From: an uncultured delta proteobacterium
Lineage (GTDB): Bacteria > Desulfobacterota > Desulfobacteria > Desulfobacterales > JAHEIW01
Length of the DNA: 64,000 bases
Reading direction: 5' to 3'
Assembly: GCA_963706575.1 (NCBI GenBank)
Contig: CAVPNL010000004.1
Span: 352,001 to 416,000 of the forward strand
Positions within the stretch are counted from its first letter, which is position 1; every line of letters begins with the position of its first letter. The notes below the pieces were generated by a model. It had not been told where the DNA came from. It did no database searches and saw only the letters and a list, made by a program, of their open reading frames with translations. The position numbers were made by a program, and so were the translations under genes. Shown here piece by piece: positions 28,869 through 38,543 of the stretch.

Positions 28869-29834
28869 TCATCCCCACAGTGCGTGAAACACTTTGAAAA
28901 ATAGATACGCCGCTGCCGCAGCCAGAGTGGGCATTAAAAACCAGCCCATTAATATGGTGAATACCATCTTCGCACGAATCGCTTTAGCACCTTTTACAAG
29001 ACCGACACCGACAACAGCCCCCACGATAGCCGATGAAGTCGATACCGGAATTCCGAGCATTGAAAAAAGGTGCATCCCGAATGCCGCTGAGATCTGGGCG
29101 ATAAAAGCTGCCGGAATGTCCAGGCGGGTAATACCGCTTCCGACAGTATGCGCAACTTTTTTGCCGTATGTTGCCGCGCCGGCCGCAATGCTCAAACCGC
29201 CGATAAACAGTAAAATCGTTGGATGGAAAATCCCCAGATTGGCGATCGGGCCTACCGCTGCGCCGGCGTGGTTGGCCCCCAGAGCGTAAGCCGCATAGCA
29301 GGCAGACAAAATCGCCAGGCGCCCCATGGCATGCTGCATCAACAATGATCGAGATTCAAATTTTCTGAGAATAAAATTCACCACATGCATCAGGGCAAAT
29401 GCAAGCACCAGTACCATGATGGGGCAAAGAATCCAGCTTTCTGCGATGGCAATCAATTTAAAATAGTTGATTTCGGCCCCCAGCGCAAGACCGATGCCCA
29501 CAACGCCTCCGACAATCGCCTGAGAGGTGGATGTGGGAATTCTAAAAAACGTCGCCAGGGTCACAAAAAAACCGGAACAGATCAACGCAATGGCAACCGC
29601 CGGATAACTCAAATCGGTTTTTACAATACCCTTGCCGATGGTGTGCATGACATGCTGACCCTGGAGCAGTGCACCCAAAAGCGCAAACACAGACACCAGA
29701 ATGACGGCATTTTTGAATGAAATGAGCCCGCATCCCACCGAGGTGCCCACGCAATTGGCCGTATCATTCGCGCCGATATTCCAACCAACATATGCGCCGG
29801 CACCCAATATTAAAAGAAGTATGCCCTCGATCGT
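28869..29834 (-). CDS. PiT family inorganic phosphate transporter; probable non-canonical start
   Basis: GWNIGANDTAN, PTSTSQAIVG, GANH and PVSTS motifs. GGAGGA RBS sits 6 nt before an in-frame ACG at 29834. Confidence 0.85.
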   Translation of the reverse strand, partial: TIEGILLLILGAGAYVGWNIGANDTANCVGTSVGCGLISFKNAVILVSVFALLGALLQGQHVMHTIGKGIVKTDLSYPAVAIALICSGFFVTLATFFRIPTSTSQAIVGGVVGIGLALGAEINYFKLIAIAESWILCPIMVLVLAFALMHVVNFILRKFESRSLLMQHAMGRLAILSACYAAYALGANHAGAAVGPIANLGIFHPTILLFIGGLSIAAGAATYGKKVAHTVGSGITRLDIPAAFIAQISAAFGMHLFSMLGIPVSTSSAIVGAVVGVGLVKGAKAIRAKMVFTILMGWFLMPTLAAAAAYLFFKVFHALWG

Positions 29835-30064
29835 ACTTGCTCCTCCGCTTCAATTGAGCCGATCAAAAAAAGCCTGCTTTAGCATAAATTTTTATAACAT
29901 ATTTATTTTTATAGAAATTTATTGATAAGTCAAAATATTAATTTGCATGCGACAAAGATTCACCGGTTATATCTTAATCCCGAATAGACCTTGCGTCGTG
30001 AAAAGCACTTTCCGATGACGTTGATGATACTTTCTGCAATCATGGAAAACCGGCTCGCAGCCTC

Positions 30065-30937
30065 CTATCGGCTTAACCCGATAAGAGCGACCCCTAACGC
30101 AATCAAAAAAGCGCCGATCAATCTGGGCTGCCGATGGCCTTCTCCAAGCCATATGATCCCGAACAAAGCAGAAAAGACGATGCTCACCTCCCTTACCGCC
30201 ACGACATAGCTGACATTGCTGGTTTGCATGGCCAAAAGGACCAACAGGTAGGTGAATGCGACCAGAAAGCCGACAACCATGATGGGACCTTTATTGATCT
30301 GCCATTCCGGCTTTAACGCCTTTCTTTCTTTAATCAGCACGTAGGGTGTCAAAAAAATCAGGGGGATCAAAAATATAAAATAGATGTACACCGCCGGGTG
30401 CACTGATTTTACACCCACCTTATCCACCAGTGAATAGGCCGCGATGGTGCAACCGGTCAGCAGGGCCCAGATTGAGGCGGCGCTGCGAATCGCTGTGAAG
30501 GGCTCAAAAAGCGTTTTAAATGAAAAGGATTTTAAGTGAATGGCATAAATACCAACAATTACGAGAGCAATACCGCTGATCCCCGGTAGGCTCAGCTGCT
30601 CACGTAAAATGACCACAGCCAGAATCGGCACCCAAAAAGGCCCAAACCCCCTTGCCAGGGGATACACCACCGAAAGATCTCCCTGTTCATATGAGCTGCC
30701 GACAAAGAAAAAATAGAAGGTATGCAGTATGCCCGTAGCAACAATGCAGGCCCAGCCCGCAGTTGAAATCTTCATTCCGACATAGAAATACAGAAACATG
30801 GGAAAATAAAAAACAACAGCGAAAAGGATAAACCACCAGATAAAGGCAATTTTATTGCGGCTTTTCTTTGCCAGATAATTCCAGAAGGCATGCAAAAAAG
30901 CGGCGACAAGAACGATTAACAGGGCAGTGCCGGTCAT
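30065..30937 (-). CDS. EamA/DMT family transporter
   Basis: LHAFWNYLAK, GDLSVVYPLARG, YSLVDK and AVREVS motifs. Confidence 0.88.
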   Translation of the reverse strand: MTGTALLIVLVAAFLHAFWNYLAKKSRNKIAFIWWFILFAVVFYFPMFLYFYVGMKISTAGWACIVATGILHTFYFFFVGSSYEQGDLSVVYPLARGFGPFWVPILAVVILREQLSLPGISGIALVIVGIYAIHLKSFSFKTLFEPFTAIRSAASIWALLTGCTIAAYSLVDKVGVKSVHPAVYIYFIFLIPLIFLTPYVLIKERKALKPEWQINKGPIMVVGFLVAFTYLLVLLAMQTSNVSYVVAVREVSIVFSALFGIIWLGEGHRQPRLIGAFLIALGVALIGLSR

Positions 30938-30941
30938 ACTG

Positions 30942-31553
30942 TTAGCAACTCTCGCTGGTGAGTTTCGAACAAGCCTTGCGATAGTCCGAGATTTCGCCGG
31001 AAAGATCCATGGGTGTGAGATAATCGATAAGATCATCGGGTGAGAACGGCAGATATTTAAAAATATGTTTCTCCAGTGCTGCTGTTTTTTCCCACAGCAA
31101 TTCAATTCGGCGTTTGTGCTCGGGCTGAGTCCCGTACCTTTCCTGGATGTAGCTCATGCGATCATCCAGTGAAACGATCCGGTCATGGAGCACGCGCTTG
31201 TCGGCATAATTAACAATCACTGCTTCTGAGAAATTTTGAGGTTCGGAATAATTATCGAGGCGGACGTGCTGCCTGACGAGATCGCCGACCTGTGGATATC
31301 CAAAATCGGTCAGAACCTGCCCGCCGGTCAGCGCGTGGTTTTCCTCGGTTTCAAAACTGCGGGTCTTGGTAATATCATGCAGCAGCGCAGCAGCCTGCAC
31401 CAGTTGCCCGTTGAGTTGACTGCCCTGAAGTATGATATGATCCACCAGACACTCGCCAACCCGGCACACCTGGATGGAGTGAGCCACGATATTCTCGAGC
31501 ATTTGCATCCGGCACATGAGTTGAAAACAATTATTTTTAGACGGGATATTCAT
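30942..31553 (-). CDS. HD (HDIG) domain phosphohydrolase
   Basis: HS..V, LLHDITK, NHA and YADKRV motifs. Confidence 0.85.
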   Translation of the reverse strand: MNIPSKNNCFQLMCRMQMLENIVAHSIQVCRVGECLVDHIILQGSQLNGQLVQAAALLHDITKTRSFETEENHALTGGQVLTDFGYPQVGDLVRQHVRLDNYSEPQNFSEAVIVNYADKRVLHDRIVSLDDRMSYIQERYGTQPEHKRRIELLWEKTAALEKHIFKYLPFSPDDLIDYLTPMDLSGEISDYRKACSKLTSESC

Positions 31554-32341
31554 TTTGCAAGAATTAAATCCACCATTTCGGCAAACCCATGGCCGCCTTC
31601 CTGTTGGGTCACCCAGACCGGTTTATGCGTAATTTTTTCTTTAAACTGTAAAATATTCGCCACTCCCACCGAATGCGGAAAAAATTGGAACATGGGAACG
31701 TCATTGGGAGAATCCCCGATGAAAATGATGTTTTCTTTTACGGCTGCCAGATCTTCTTCGAACACCTCGGCAAACAGCAGCCGCGTCATGCTGAGCTTGT
31801 CATATTGACCGAACCAGCCGTTGACATGAATGGAGCTGATTTTGGCCCGGGCGCCCGCTTCTTCGAAAAGCCGCACGATTCGATCGATGTCTTCCATGGA
31901 CAGGGGCGGTACATCTTCGCAATAATCAATGGCCAGATCGGCTTCCCGATAGTGCTGATCGGCAGATACCCGGCAGCCGGGTATTTTATCTAAAATTTCC
32001 CATTTGAGTTTTTCCAGCTTTTTGCGATCAGCACTGCGTTGTTCTTCCGATATAAAATAGCGCCGCTGCATTTTGCGCTGCCTATCATCGTAATAGAAAT
32101 AAAAAGCGCCGTTTTCCCCAACGATACCATCCACCGGCCACATGCGTGCGATGTGATCACACCAACCCGCCGGCCGGCCGGTAATGGGAATCATGTAGAT
32201 GCCCGCCTTTTTCAGATCCTCCATCGCTGCAAACACCACGGCCGGCAGGCGGCCGTCAAGGGTAAGCGTGTCATCGATATCCGCCAGAACATATCGGATG
32301 TTTTTTTTGACCGCTTTGGGCATTTTTTCAATCGGTTTCAT
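31550..32341 (-). CDS. HAD-IIB family hydrolase
   Basis: DIDDTLT, TGR, ENGA and GDSPND motifs. Confidence 0.9.
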   Translation of the reverse strand: MKPIEKMPKAVKKNIRYVLADIDDTLTLDGRLPAVVFAAMEDLKKAGIYMIPITGRPAGWCDHIARMWPVDGIVGENGAFYFYYDDRQRKMQRRYFISEEQRSADRKKLEKLKWEILDKIPGCRVSADQHYREADLAIDYCEDVPPLSMEDIDRIVRLFEEAGARAKISSIHVNGWFGQYDKLSMTRLLFAEVFEEDLAAVKENIIFIGDSPNDVPMFQFFPHSVGVANILQFKEKITHKPVWVTQQEGGHGFAEMVDLILAK

Positions 32342-32666
32342 TTTCTACCCCTGAACCATTTTTAGGATCGCTTCTTTAAATGTTGCTTACCGATGTGTCG
32401 TTAAGCTTGTCAATAATAAATCAATCAAATTCCTATGAAGGGAGCCTTAACAAATAATAATGATTAAAAAATAATCTGCTTATCTGGAAAGCCCAAGTTC
32501 CATTAAATAAACCCTCTGTGGGAGCGGCTTCCACATTCAATATCACTTTTTCTTTCCGGATAACCAGAAAAATAATTTTTGGAGCTTTTTGTTTCCAATC
32601 CAAAAAAAAGTATTATATTATCTAGTTTCCTAATGTTGTGTTCTGCAAATAAGTTACAAAACGATC

Positions 32667-32731
32667 GTCATTCCCGCGCAGGCGGGAGTCCAGTTCAAGG
32701 ACGCCTGGATTCCCGCCTGCGCGGGAATGAC
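32667..32731. repeat. CGTC/dRS3-type REP doublet
   Basis: GTCATTCCCGCGCAGGCGGGAGTCCAG...CTGGATTCCCGCCTGCGCGGGAATGAC; inverted copy at ~41902-41967. Confidence 0.85.
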
Positions 32732-33956
32732 GAATGGAAGGAATACGATATTGAGAGAGGCGCTACTCACAGCAATGGAAGATGCCGTTCATGAAGTCAG
32801 GAAGTGGCCGCAAAAGGAAGTCCGGATATTTCATCATAATGATTCCGACGGGCTCACCTCGGGAGCCATTCTTACAACAGCATTTGAAAGGGCCGGTTTT
32901 AAGGTGCAACGCTCATGTTTGGAAAAACCATATCCGAAGTTATTGCACAAAATTTATGAGCAAACGGGTGGTTTAATCATATTCGCGGATTTCGCCGGCC
33001 GGATTGCACCCCTGCTCTCAGATTTAAACCGCAGCCGGAACCTCACCCTCATCTTGGACCATCATGTGGCCGAACCTGCCACCGACCCCATGGTGCACAA
33101 CCTGGATCCGGATTTATACGGGCTCAAGGGGGATCGCGACATATCCGGTTCCACAACCTGCTATCTCTTTGCCAAAGCCCTGGACCCTGCCAATAACGAT
33201 CTTGCTCATATTGCTGCCATCGGTGCGGTGGGAGATGAGTTTTTTGTGGATGGTTGTCTGGCCGGTGAAAATCGTGATGCCGCTGCCCAAGCCGTCAATC
33301 AGGGTAAACTGCAAATCCACAGACATGAAACCGGTGAGCGTTACTATTTAAATACAGCCAGTGGGACCGTCGCCTGTGACGAACTCGGTGCTTATCTGGA
33401 CACCCTGGGTGCCGCCGGCTATTATCAAAATGGACCGGACATGGGAATCCGGGTCTGTTTGGAGGGCACTTGTGCTGAATCAGACCGGATGCTCAAAAAG
33501 TTGCAGGCCATTCAAAATAAAGCCTTTGAGAATGAGATTTCAAAAATTCAGTCTGAAGGGTTGAAAAAAACGGCAAACATCCAGTGGTTCCATGTCGAGA
33601 ATCGATTTGCACCCATGGGCGTCAAAATGATCGGTGTATTCTGCGATGCCATCAAAAACTCCGATGCTGTCGATAAACACCGTTACGTTGCCGGCTTTCA
33701 AATCATTCCCAACGAAATCCCGGGGTTCGGGCCTATCGAATTCAATGAGGTCAAAATTTCCATGCGGGTATCTACTCAGATAGAGGTGCAAATCCGGACC
33801 AACAAAAAAATGGGGCTCAATATTTTATTGCCCGAGGCAACCAACAAACTCGGCGGCTTCTCTGATGCCTGCCATAGCTTGACAGCTGCCACAACCGTGG
33901 CCATCGGCAAAGAGGAAGCGTTGATTCAGGAAATGGAAAAAATACTCAGTGAGTAA
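32727..33956 (+). CDS. DHH family phosphoesterase
   Basis: HHNDSDG, ADF, ILDHH and GAVGD motifs. The ATG at 32727 lies in the REP; 32775 is an alternative start. Confidence 0.8.
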   Translation: MTNGRNTILREALLTAMEDAVHEVRKWPQKEVRIFHHNDSDGLTSGAILTTAFERAGFKVQRSCLEKPYPKLLHKIYEQTGGLIIFADFAGRIAPLLSDLNRSRNLTLILDHHVAEPATDPMVHNLDPDLYGLKGDRDISGSTTCYLFAKALDPANNDLAHIAAIGAVGDEFFVDGCLAGENRDAAAQAVNQGKLQIHRHETGERYYLNTASGTVACDELGAYLDTLGAAGYYQNGPDMGIRVCLEGTCAESDRMLKKLQAIQNKAFENEISKIQSEGLKKTANIQWFHVENRFAPMGVKMIGVFCDAIKNSDAVDKHRYVAGFQIIPNEIPGFGPIEFNEVKISMRVSTQIEVQIRTNKKMGLNILLPEATNKLGGFSDACHSLTAATTVAIGKEEALIQEMEKILSE

Positions 33957-34017
33957 TTTCCTGCATTAACTATCAAATAATTCTGAATATTCGATATCTC
34001 AAAGCAATAATCTTAAT

Positions 34018-34138
34018 GTTGGAGGTTTGAGGTTAGAGGTTGGAGGCAAGAATAATTGAAGTTAAAAATTGATCCTTTTTTGCCTCAAACCTCAAGCGAA
34101 GCGCTCCTCAAGTGAAACGGTCCTTGAGCGAAGCGCTC
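34018..34138. repeat. Heptamer + 16-mer periodic inverted-repeat element
   Basis: GTTGGAG GTTTGAG GTTAGAG GTTGGAG ... CCTCAAACCTCAAGCGAAGCGCTC with three 16-bp units. Confidence 0.75.
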
Positions 34139-34233
34139 TTTTCTCCGTATTGCATATATGTGGTGAAAAATTATTCTTGAACTGTGGTTAGCAAGGTAGC
34201 GTATGTACAACTTACGAAACAAAGGAGAAAACT

Positions 34234-35172
34234 ATGGGCAAAGGATCGGCGTTTGGAAAGACCATACTGATTGGAGATGCATTTGTGTTAAGAGAGGTTC
34301 CCGCCATTGTCTCTTCCATACCGTTTGAAACCGAGTGCGTCGTTCAACGATTGGATGAAGGGCAGGGCTGGATATTGGAGGACAACCGAACGGAAGTCCC
34401 GGGATACAAGGAAAAGAAAAAGGACCAACAGGTCGACTCCATCAACCGAATTCTTGAGGTGATGAACGTCGATGCGCAAAAAAATCCCATTAAAATCACC
34501 TATGGCGGATCGCTGTTGGCCGGCAGCGGCGTTGGTGCCAGTGCGGCAAGCTGTGTTTCGCTGGCCCGGGCCCTGAACGATGAGTTTAATCTAAATCTTT
34601 CCATTGAAGAAATTAATCATATCGGCTGGGAAGGCGAATTCGCCTATCACGGAATCCCCAGCGGTGTTGACAATACCGCTTCGACATACGGCGGGTTGAT
34701 CCTGTATCATATCAAGAATGAACAAACGAACTGGGAGCACATTAATCTAAGAGAACCCGTCGAAGTGGTATTGGGCAACAGCGGCGTGACGGCCGACACC
34801 TCAAAACTGGACGCGCATGTTGAGGCCCAGGAGGAAAAAGAGCCGGATTTGTTTAGCCAGCGCCTGCAAACTGTCAGCGATCAGGCACTTGAAATGAAAA
34901 AAGCCTTAGAGGATTACAACCTGGAAAAAGTGGGCCAGATCATGACCGCCAACCATAAAATTCTGATTGAGATGGATCTTTCCCATGAGACGCTGATTTA
35001 CCTGTGCGACAGGGCGATTGCACTCGGTGCTTTAGGTGCCAAAGTCACCGGTGGCGGCCGGGGCGGTTACATGAGTGCCCTGACCCCCGGCAAAGACCTC
35101 CAGGAAGTCGTGGCAAAAACCTTCGAAGATGAAGGCTATAAAGTTATCAGGGCCACAATCGGCGGAAGCTGA
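34234..35172 (+). CDS. Mevalonate kinase-like GHMP kinase
   Basis: GKTILIG, GSGVGASAA, HGIPSGVDN, NHKIL and GAKVTGGGRGG motifs; AAGGAG RBS. Confidence 0.8.
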   Translation: MGKGSAFGKTILIGDAFVLREVPAIVSSIPFETECVVQRLDEGQGWILEDNRTEVPGYKEKKKDQQVDSINRILEVMNVDAQKNPIKITYGGSLLAGSGVGASAASCVSLARALNDEFNLNLSIEEINHIGWEGEFAYHGIPSGVDNTASTYGGLILYHIKNEQTNWEHINLREPVEVVLGNSGVTADTSKLDAHVEAQEEKEPDLFSQRLQTVSDQALEMKKALEDYNLEKVGQIMTANHKILIEMDLSHETLIYLCDRAIALGALGAKVTGGGRGGYMSALTPGKDLQEVVAKTFEDEGYKVIRATIGGS

Positions 35173-35228
35173 TGGGAGTAACTATCCCCCAGTTTCTCAA
35201 GATCTGATGCAGTTCACGAATATACCTA

Positions 35229-35418
35229 GAACCCATCTCAAAAATGTCTTTTGGCCCAATATCTTTGTTGGTGCCTCACTTCAAATCCTCGACATACAAC
35301 AGTATGCCTCCGGTTTCGACCCACAAACATTATAGGATCAGGCGGGAAGTCCCGCACAGCGGGGAAAACTCGGCCCCGCCGCGATCTTGAACCAAAATCC
35401 TATTTTTGAGACGGGTTC
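35229..35418. mobile_element. 190-bp MITE with TA flanks
   Basis: IRs GAACCCATCTCAAAAAT / ATTTTTGAGACGGGTTC, TA on both sides. Confidence 0.8.
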
Positions 35419-35420
35419 TA

Positions 35421-36389
35421 TTATCCCTCCGCCTCCTTTTCGAGCTCATCCAGTCTGTCAGGCTCCGAAACAGCAATGTCCACAAGGCTCTTGGGGATGG
35501 AACTCTGCTCGCACATAACTCTGATTTCTTTCTCCTGATCGCTGAATTCCATGATTTCGCGAATGGCCTCGATGTGTGCGAGCATCTCATCCGGCGGAAT
35601 TTCTTCCAGCGCAGGTCCTGCAGCCGCTGCCTTTTTCTTTGCGGCCGCCTCTTCTTCCAGCCTTTGTTTTTCCTTTAGCTCCGCTTCCATTGCCTGTTTG
35701 ACACTATTGATCGCGTCCTGGTCAACTTTCGCCATCTCGATTATCAATTGTTCGGAGACGTCTTTCTCAAAAAGGTGCTTGACCTTTTCTTCGGTGGACT
35801 TGCCTTCTACGGCCTCGAGCAGCTTGGCTACTCTTTTCCTCTCAGCGCGTTCCTTTTCCACCTCGGTGTTCACCTGGTCCAACTTCTCCGCGGTAATGTC
35901 CAACCCGCTGGTGATCACTTCGGGATCCACTTTTTCCTCAATGAGCAATCGGATACCTTCATCGTCGGGCAGGTCTTTTGCCTTGGCAATCAGCAGATCG
36001 AGTTTTGTCTTCTCGACAATCTGTATGACATCCGCTCTGCGCTCGGATCTTTTGAGTTTGGGCCATGCCTTTCCGATGTCTCCGATGAGCTTATCGGTTG
36101 CAAGATAAGGGTCAGCCACGTCCTCCAGTGTAAGTGCCTCGATCGCAGTCTTGAAATCCTGCATAAGGGGCCTTCCGACTTTGTGCGCTTCATTCATTGC
36201 CCATCTCAATTGAAGCATGTTGCCCCCATGACGCGAAACATTGTAGCCCGCATTGTCAAGTTCACCCGCCATCCGTTGAATCGATGCTTCCAGGTTTTCC
36301 CCTGAGAGGCCCTGCGAGTCGAGCTCAAGGATATTCTCCTCGATTGACAACCAGAGAGGCTTTTTTTCTGCTGAGTCGCTTGTCGCCAT
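35421..36389 (-). CDS. Hypothetical acidic helical protein
   Basis: 322-aa ORF, AGGAG RBS, E/K/A-rich; no recognised domain. Confidence 0.75.
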   Translation of the reverse strand: MATSDSAEKKPLWLSIEENILELDSQGLSGENLEASIQRMAGELDNAGYNVSRHGGNMLQLRWAMNEAHKVGRPLMQDFKTAIEALTLEDVADPYLATDKLIGDIGKAWPKLKRSERRADVIQIVEKTKLDLLIAKAKDLPDDEGIRLLIEEKVDPEVITSGLDITAEKLDQVNTEVEKERAERKRVAKLLEAVEGKSTEEKVKHLFEKDVSEQLIIEMAKVDQDAINSVKQAMEAELKEKQRLEEEAAAKKKAAAAGPALEEIPPDEMLAHIEAIREIMEFSDQEKEIRVMCEQSSIPKSLVDIAVSEPDRLDELEKEAEG

Positions 36390-36642
36390 TTTCCATTCTC
36401 CTTTTTAATGTTTTATACCGGTAATAGATGCGCCGTCCGAATTTCTCCGAAACAGTGTTTTTGATTCCCTCTGGAATAAAAATAAGTTGATAAGAACCTG
36501 CATTTCCAGGAAAAGACCATAAGATTATAGAGAAGCATCCATATGAGTCAAGGAAAAAAATACAACTTATATAGAGCGTCAGACCGGCCTGCACTCATGG
36601 CCACCCGCGCACTGCAGAACTCGCCTGTTTTTGTTGCCCCCT

Positions 36643-37497
36643 TCATTCAGATTTGCGGCTGAAGTAAAGATTGGCCAGAGCAACCAGTGATGTGCCCACG
36701 ATCAGCAAAAAAGAGATCGCATTGATCACCGGCGTGCTGCCGTCTCTGACCTGAAGATACAGGTTAATCGGCAGTGTCGCCTCGTAGCCCACCAGAAAAA
36801 GCGTGGTGTTAAAATTCTCAAAGGACATCAGGAAAGCGATTGCTCCCGCCCCGATAATGGCCGGCCTTAAAAACTTCAGCGTGATATGCCAGATCACCTC
36901 GAAACGGTTGGCCCCCAAGTTCAGAGCCGCTTCTTCCAAAGTGCGGTCAAATTTCCTCAGGCGTGCGGACACCACCAGTGTGACCAATGTGGCAATGAAT
37001 GAAAACTGGCCCAGGACGACCAGCCAGAATCCGGGGCGAAATAACTCCACATCAATGTTCCAGCTCGTCTCGAAATAGGTGCCCAGCGTATTGCTGAGCA
37101 GCAGGATCGAAATTCCCAGAATCACTCCCGGAATGACCAGCGGCGCGAGCATCAGAAAATAAAGCAGCTGTTTAAAACGAAAATCTTCCTGCTCGAATAG
37201 AAAGGCGGCACAGGTTCCCACCGCCATCGACAGCAAGGTCACAAAAAAGGCCACCCGGAAACTTACCCAGATGCTGTCCAGGTTGATCTGATCGTGAAAA
37301 ATTCCAACCCGGGATGGTAAATCGGCCGTAAACCATTCCACCGTAAATCCCTGCCAGGGTAAAGACGGAAACTGGGAATTGTTAAATGCCAGGACGCAGG
37401 TCACCAGCAGCGGTGCAAACAGGAAGGCAAAATATAGAATCACATAGAATTTAAAAACCCGATTGTAGGTTTTTGAGGTTGGCAGTGTTCGTATCAT
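36643..37497 (-). CDS. potC: Polyamine ABC transporter permease
   Basis: LEEAALNLGA EAA loop, SFENF; operon context. Confidence 0.85.
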   Translation of the reverse strand: MIRTLPTSKTYNRVFKFYVILYFAFLFAPLLVTCVLAFNNSQFPSLPWQGFTVEWFTADLPSRVGIFHDQINLDSIWVSFRVAFFVTLLSMAVGTCAAFLFEQEDFRFKQLLYFLMLAPLVIPGVILGISILLLSNTLGTYFETSWNIDVELFRPGFWLVVLGQFSFIATLVTLVVSARLRKFDRTLEEAALNLGANRFEVIWHITLKFLRPAIIGAGAIAFLMSFENFNTTLFLVGYEATLPINLYLQVRDGSTPVINAISFLLIVGTSLVALANLYFSRKSE

Positions 37498-38351
37498 TGC
37501 ACGACTTTTTTAAGGTTTTGTCGGGTCAGCTTTAATCCCAGCCAGACGATAATGGATGAAAGAACCAATAACAGAAACCCGAAGGCTGATCCCTGGTTCC
37601 AGTTAAAACTGGCAATAAACTGGTTGTAAATCTGTTCCGTAAACCACAAAGAGTTCTTGCCGCCCATCAGATTGGAGGTGAGATAATTACCCAGCGTCAG
37701 CATAAAAACGACGATCGAACCGGATACAATCCCCGGGGTGGCATGCGGAATGATAATTTTGAACAAAATGGTCCACATATTGGCACCCAGATCATAAGCC
37801 GCCTCCACAAGGCTGTTGTCGAGGCTTTCCAGTACCGAAATAATCGGAACCACCATAAAAAGCATGGACGTGTAAACCAGGCCCAGGATCATAGTGGAAT
37901 CTCTATAAAGCATTTCGACGGGCTGTCCCAGAATCCCCACTTTGGTCAGAAAATGATTGATGACGCCGCTTTCTCGCAACAAAATCATCCAGCCGTAAAC
38001 CCGCACCAGCTCGCTGACCCAGAATGGAAGCAAGAGTAGAACCAGCAAAAATCCCTGGAATTTTGGCGCCACCACTTTGGTAATGAAAAAGGCAACCGGA
38101 AGGGCGATGACAAAGGTCAGAAAGGTGACCAGAATAGAATAAATCGCCGTACGCACAAATGTCAGCCAGTAAATGGGTTCTTCAAAAAAATTTAAATAAT
38201 TTGAGAGGCTCCAGACCATCCGGCCTTCGTCATTTTCCAAACGAAAAGACATGACCAGCAAGTCGATCTGAGGCAAAACGATCAGAAGAACCAGCCAGAG
38301 CAAAACCGGTGATAAGAAAAAAAACAACCCCCATCGTTTTTGATTCTTCAT
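37494..38351 (-). CDS. potB: Polyamine ABC transporter permease
   Basis: LPFWVSELVRVYGW and EAAYDLGA motifs. Confidence 0.87.
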   Translation of the reverse strand: MKNQKRWGLFFFLSPVLLWLVLLIVLPQIDLLVMSFRLENDEGRMVWSLSNYLNFFEEPIYWLTFVRTAIYSILVTFLTFVIALPVAFFITKVVAPKFQGFLLVLLLLPFWVSELVRVYGWMILLRESGVINHFLTKVGILGQPVEMLYRDSTMILGLVYTSMLFMVVPIISVLESLDNSLVEAAYDLGANMWTILFKIIIPHATPGIVSGSIVVFMLTLGNYLTSNLMGGKNSLWFTEQIYNQFIASFNWNQGSAFGFLLLVLSSIIVWLGLKLTRQNLKKVVQ

Positions 38352-38364
38352 GGTAATAAATCCC

Positions 38365-38537
38365 GGTTGAAAGGTTCAGGGTTCAGGGTTCCGAGGTAGG
38401 GCGGGCCTCTGCGCCCGCCGTTCAGAGGTCGGCACGGAGGCCGACCCTACTCGTGTGTGCCATCTGTGTTCTTTTATTCAACCTTTGAACGCTGAACCAT
38501 GAACCATGAACCTCTGAGCCCTTGAACCTCTGAACCT
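38365..38537. repeat. Heptamer (GGTTCAG/CTGAACC) inverted-repeat element with nested GTAG-type REP (38396..38450)
   Basis: AGGTTCAGGGTTCAGGGTTCCGAG-[GTAGGGCGGGCCTCTGCGCCCGCC...GGCCGACCCTAC]-...TGAACGCTGAACCATGAACCATGAACC. Confidence 0.8.
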
Positions 38538-38543
38538 GTTCAC

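Noticed and set aside
34018..34138. CRISPR array from the 16-bp and 7-bp repeats (also 14718, 38365, 58139)
   Set aside because: Units are tandem with no unique spacers, are too short, and no cas genes are present.
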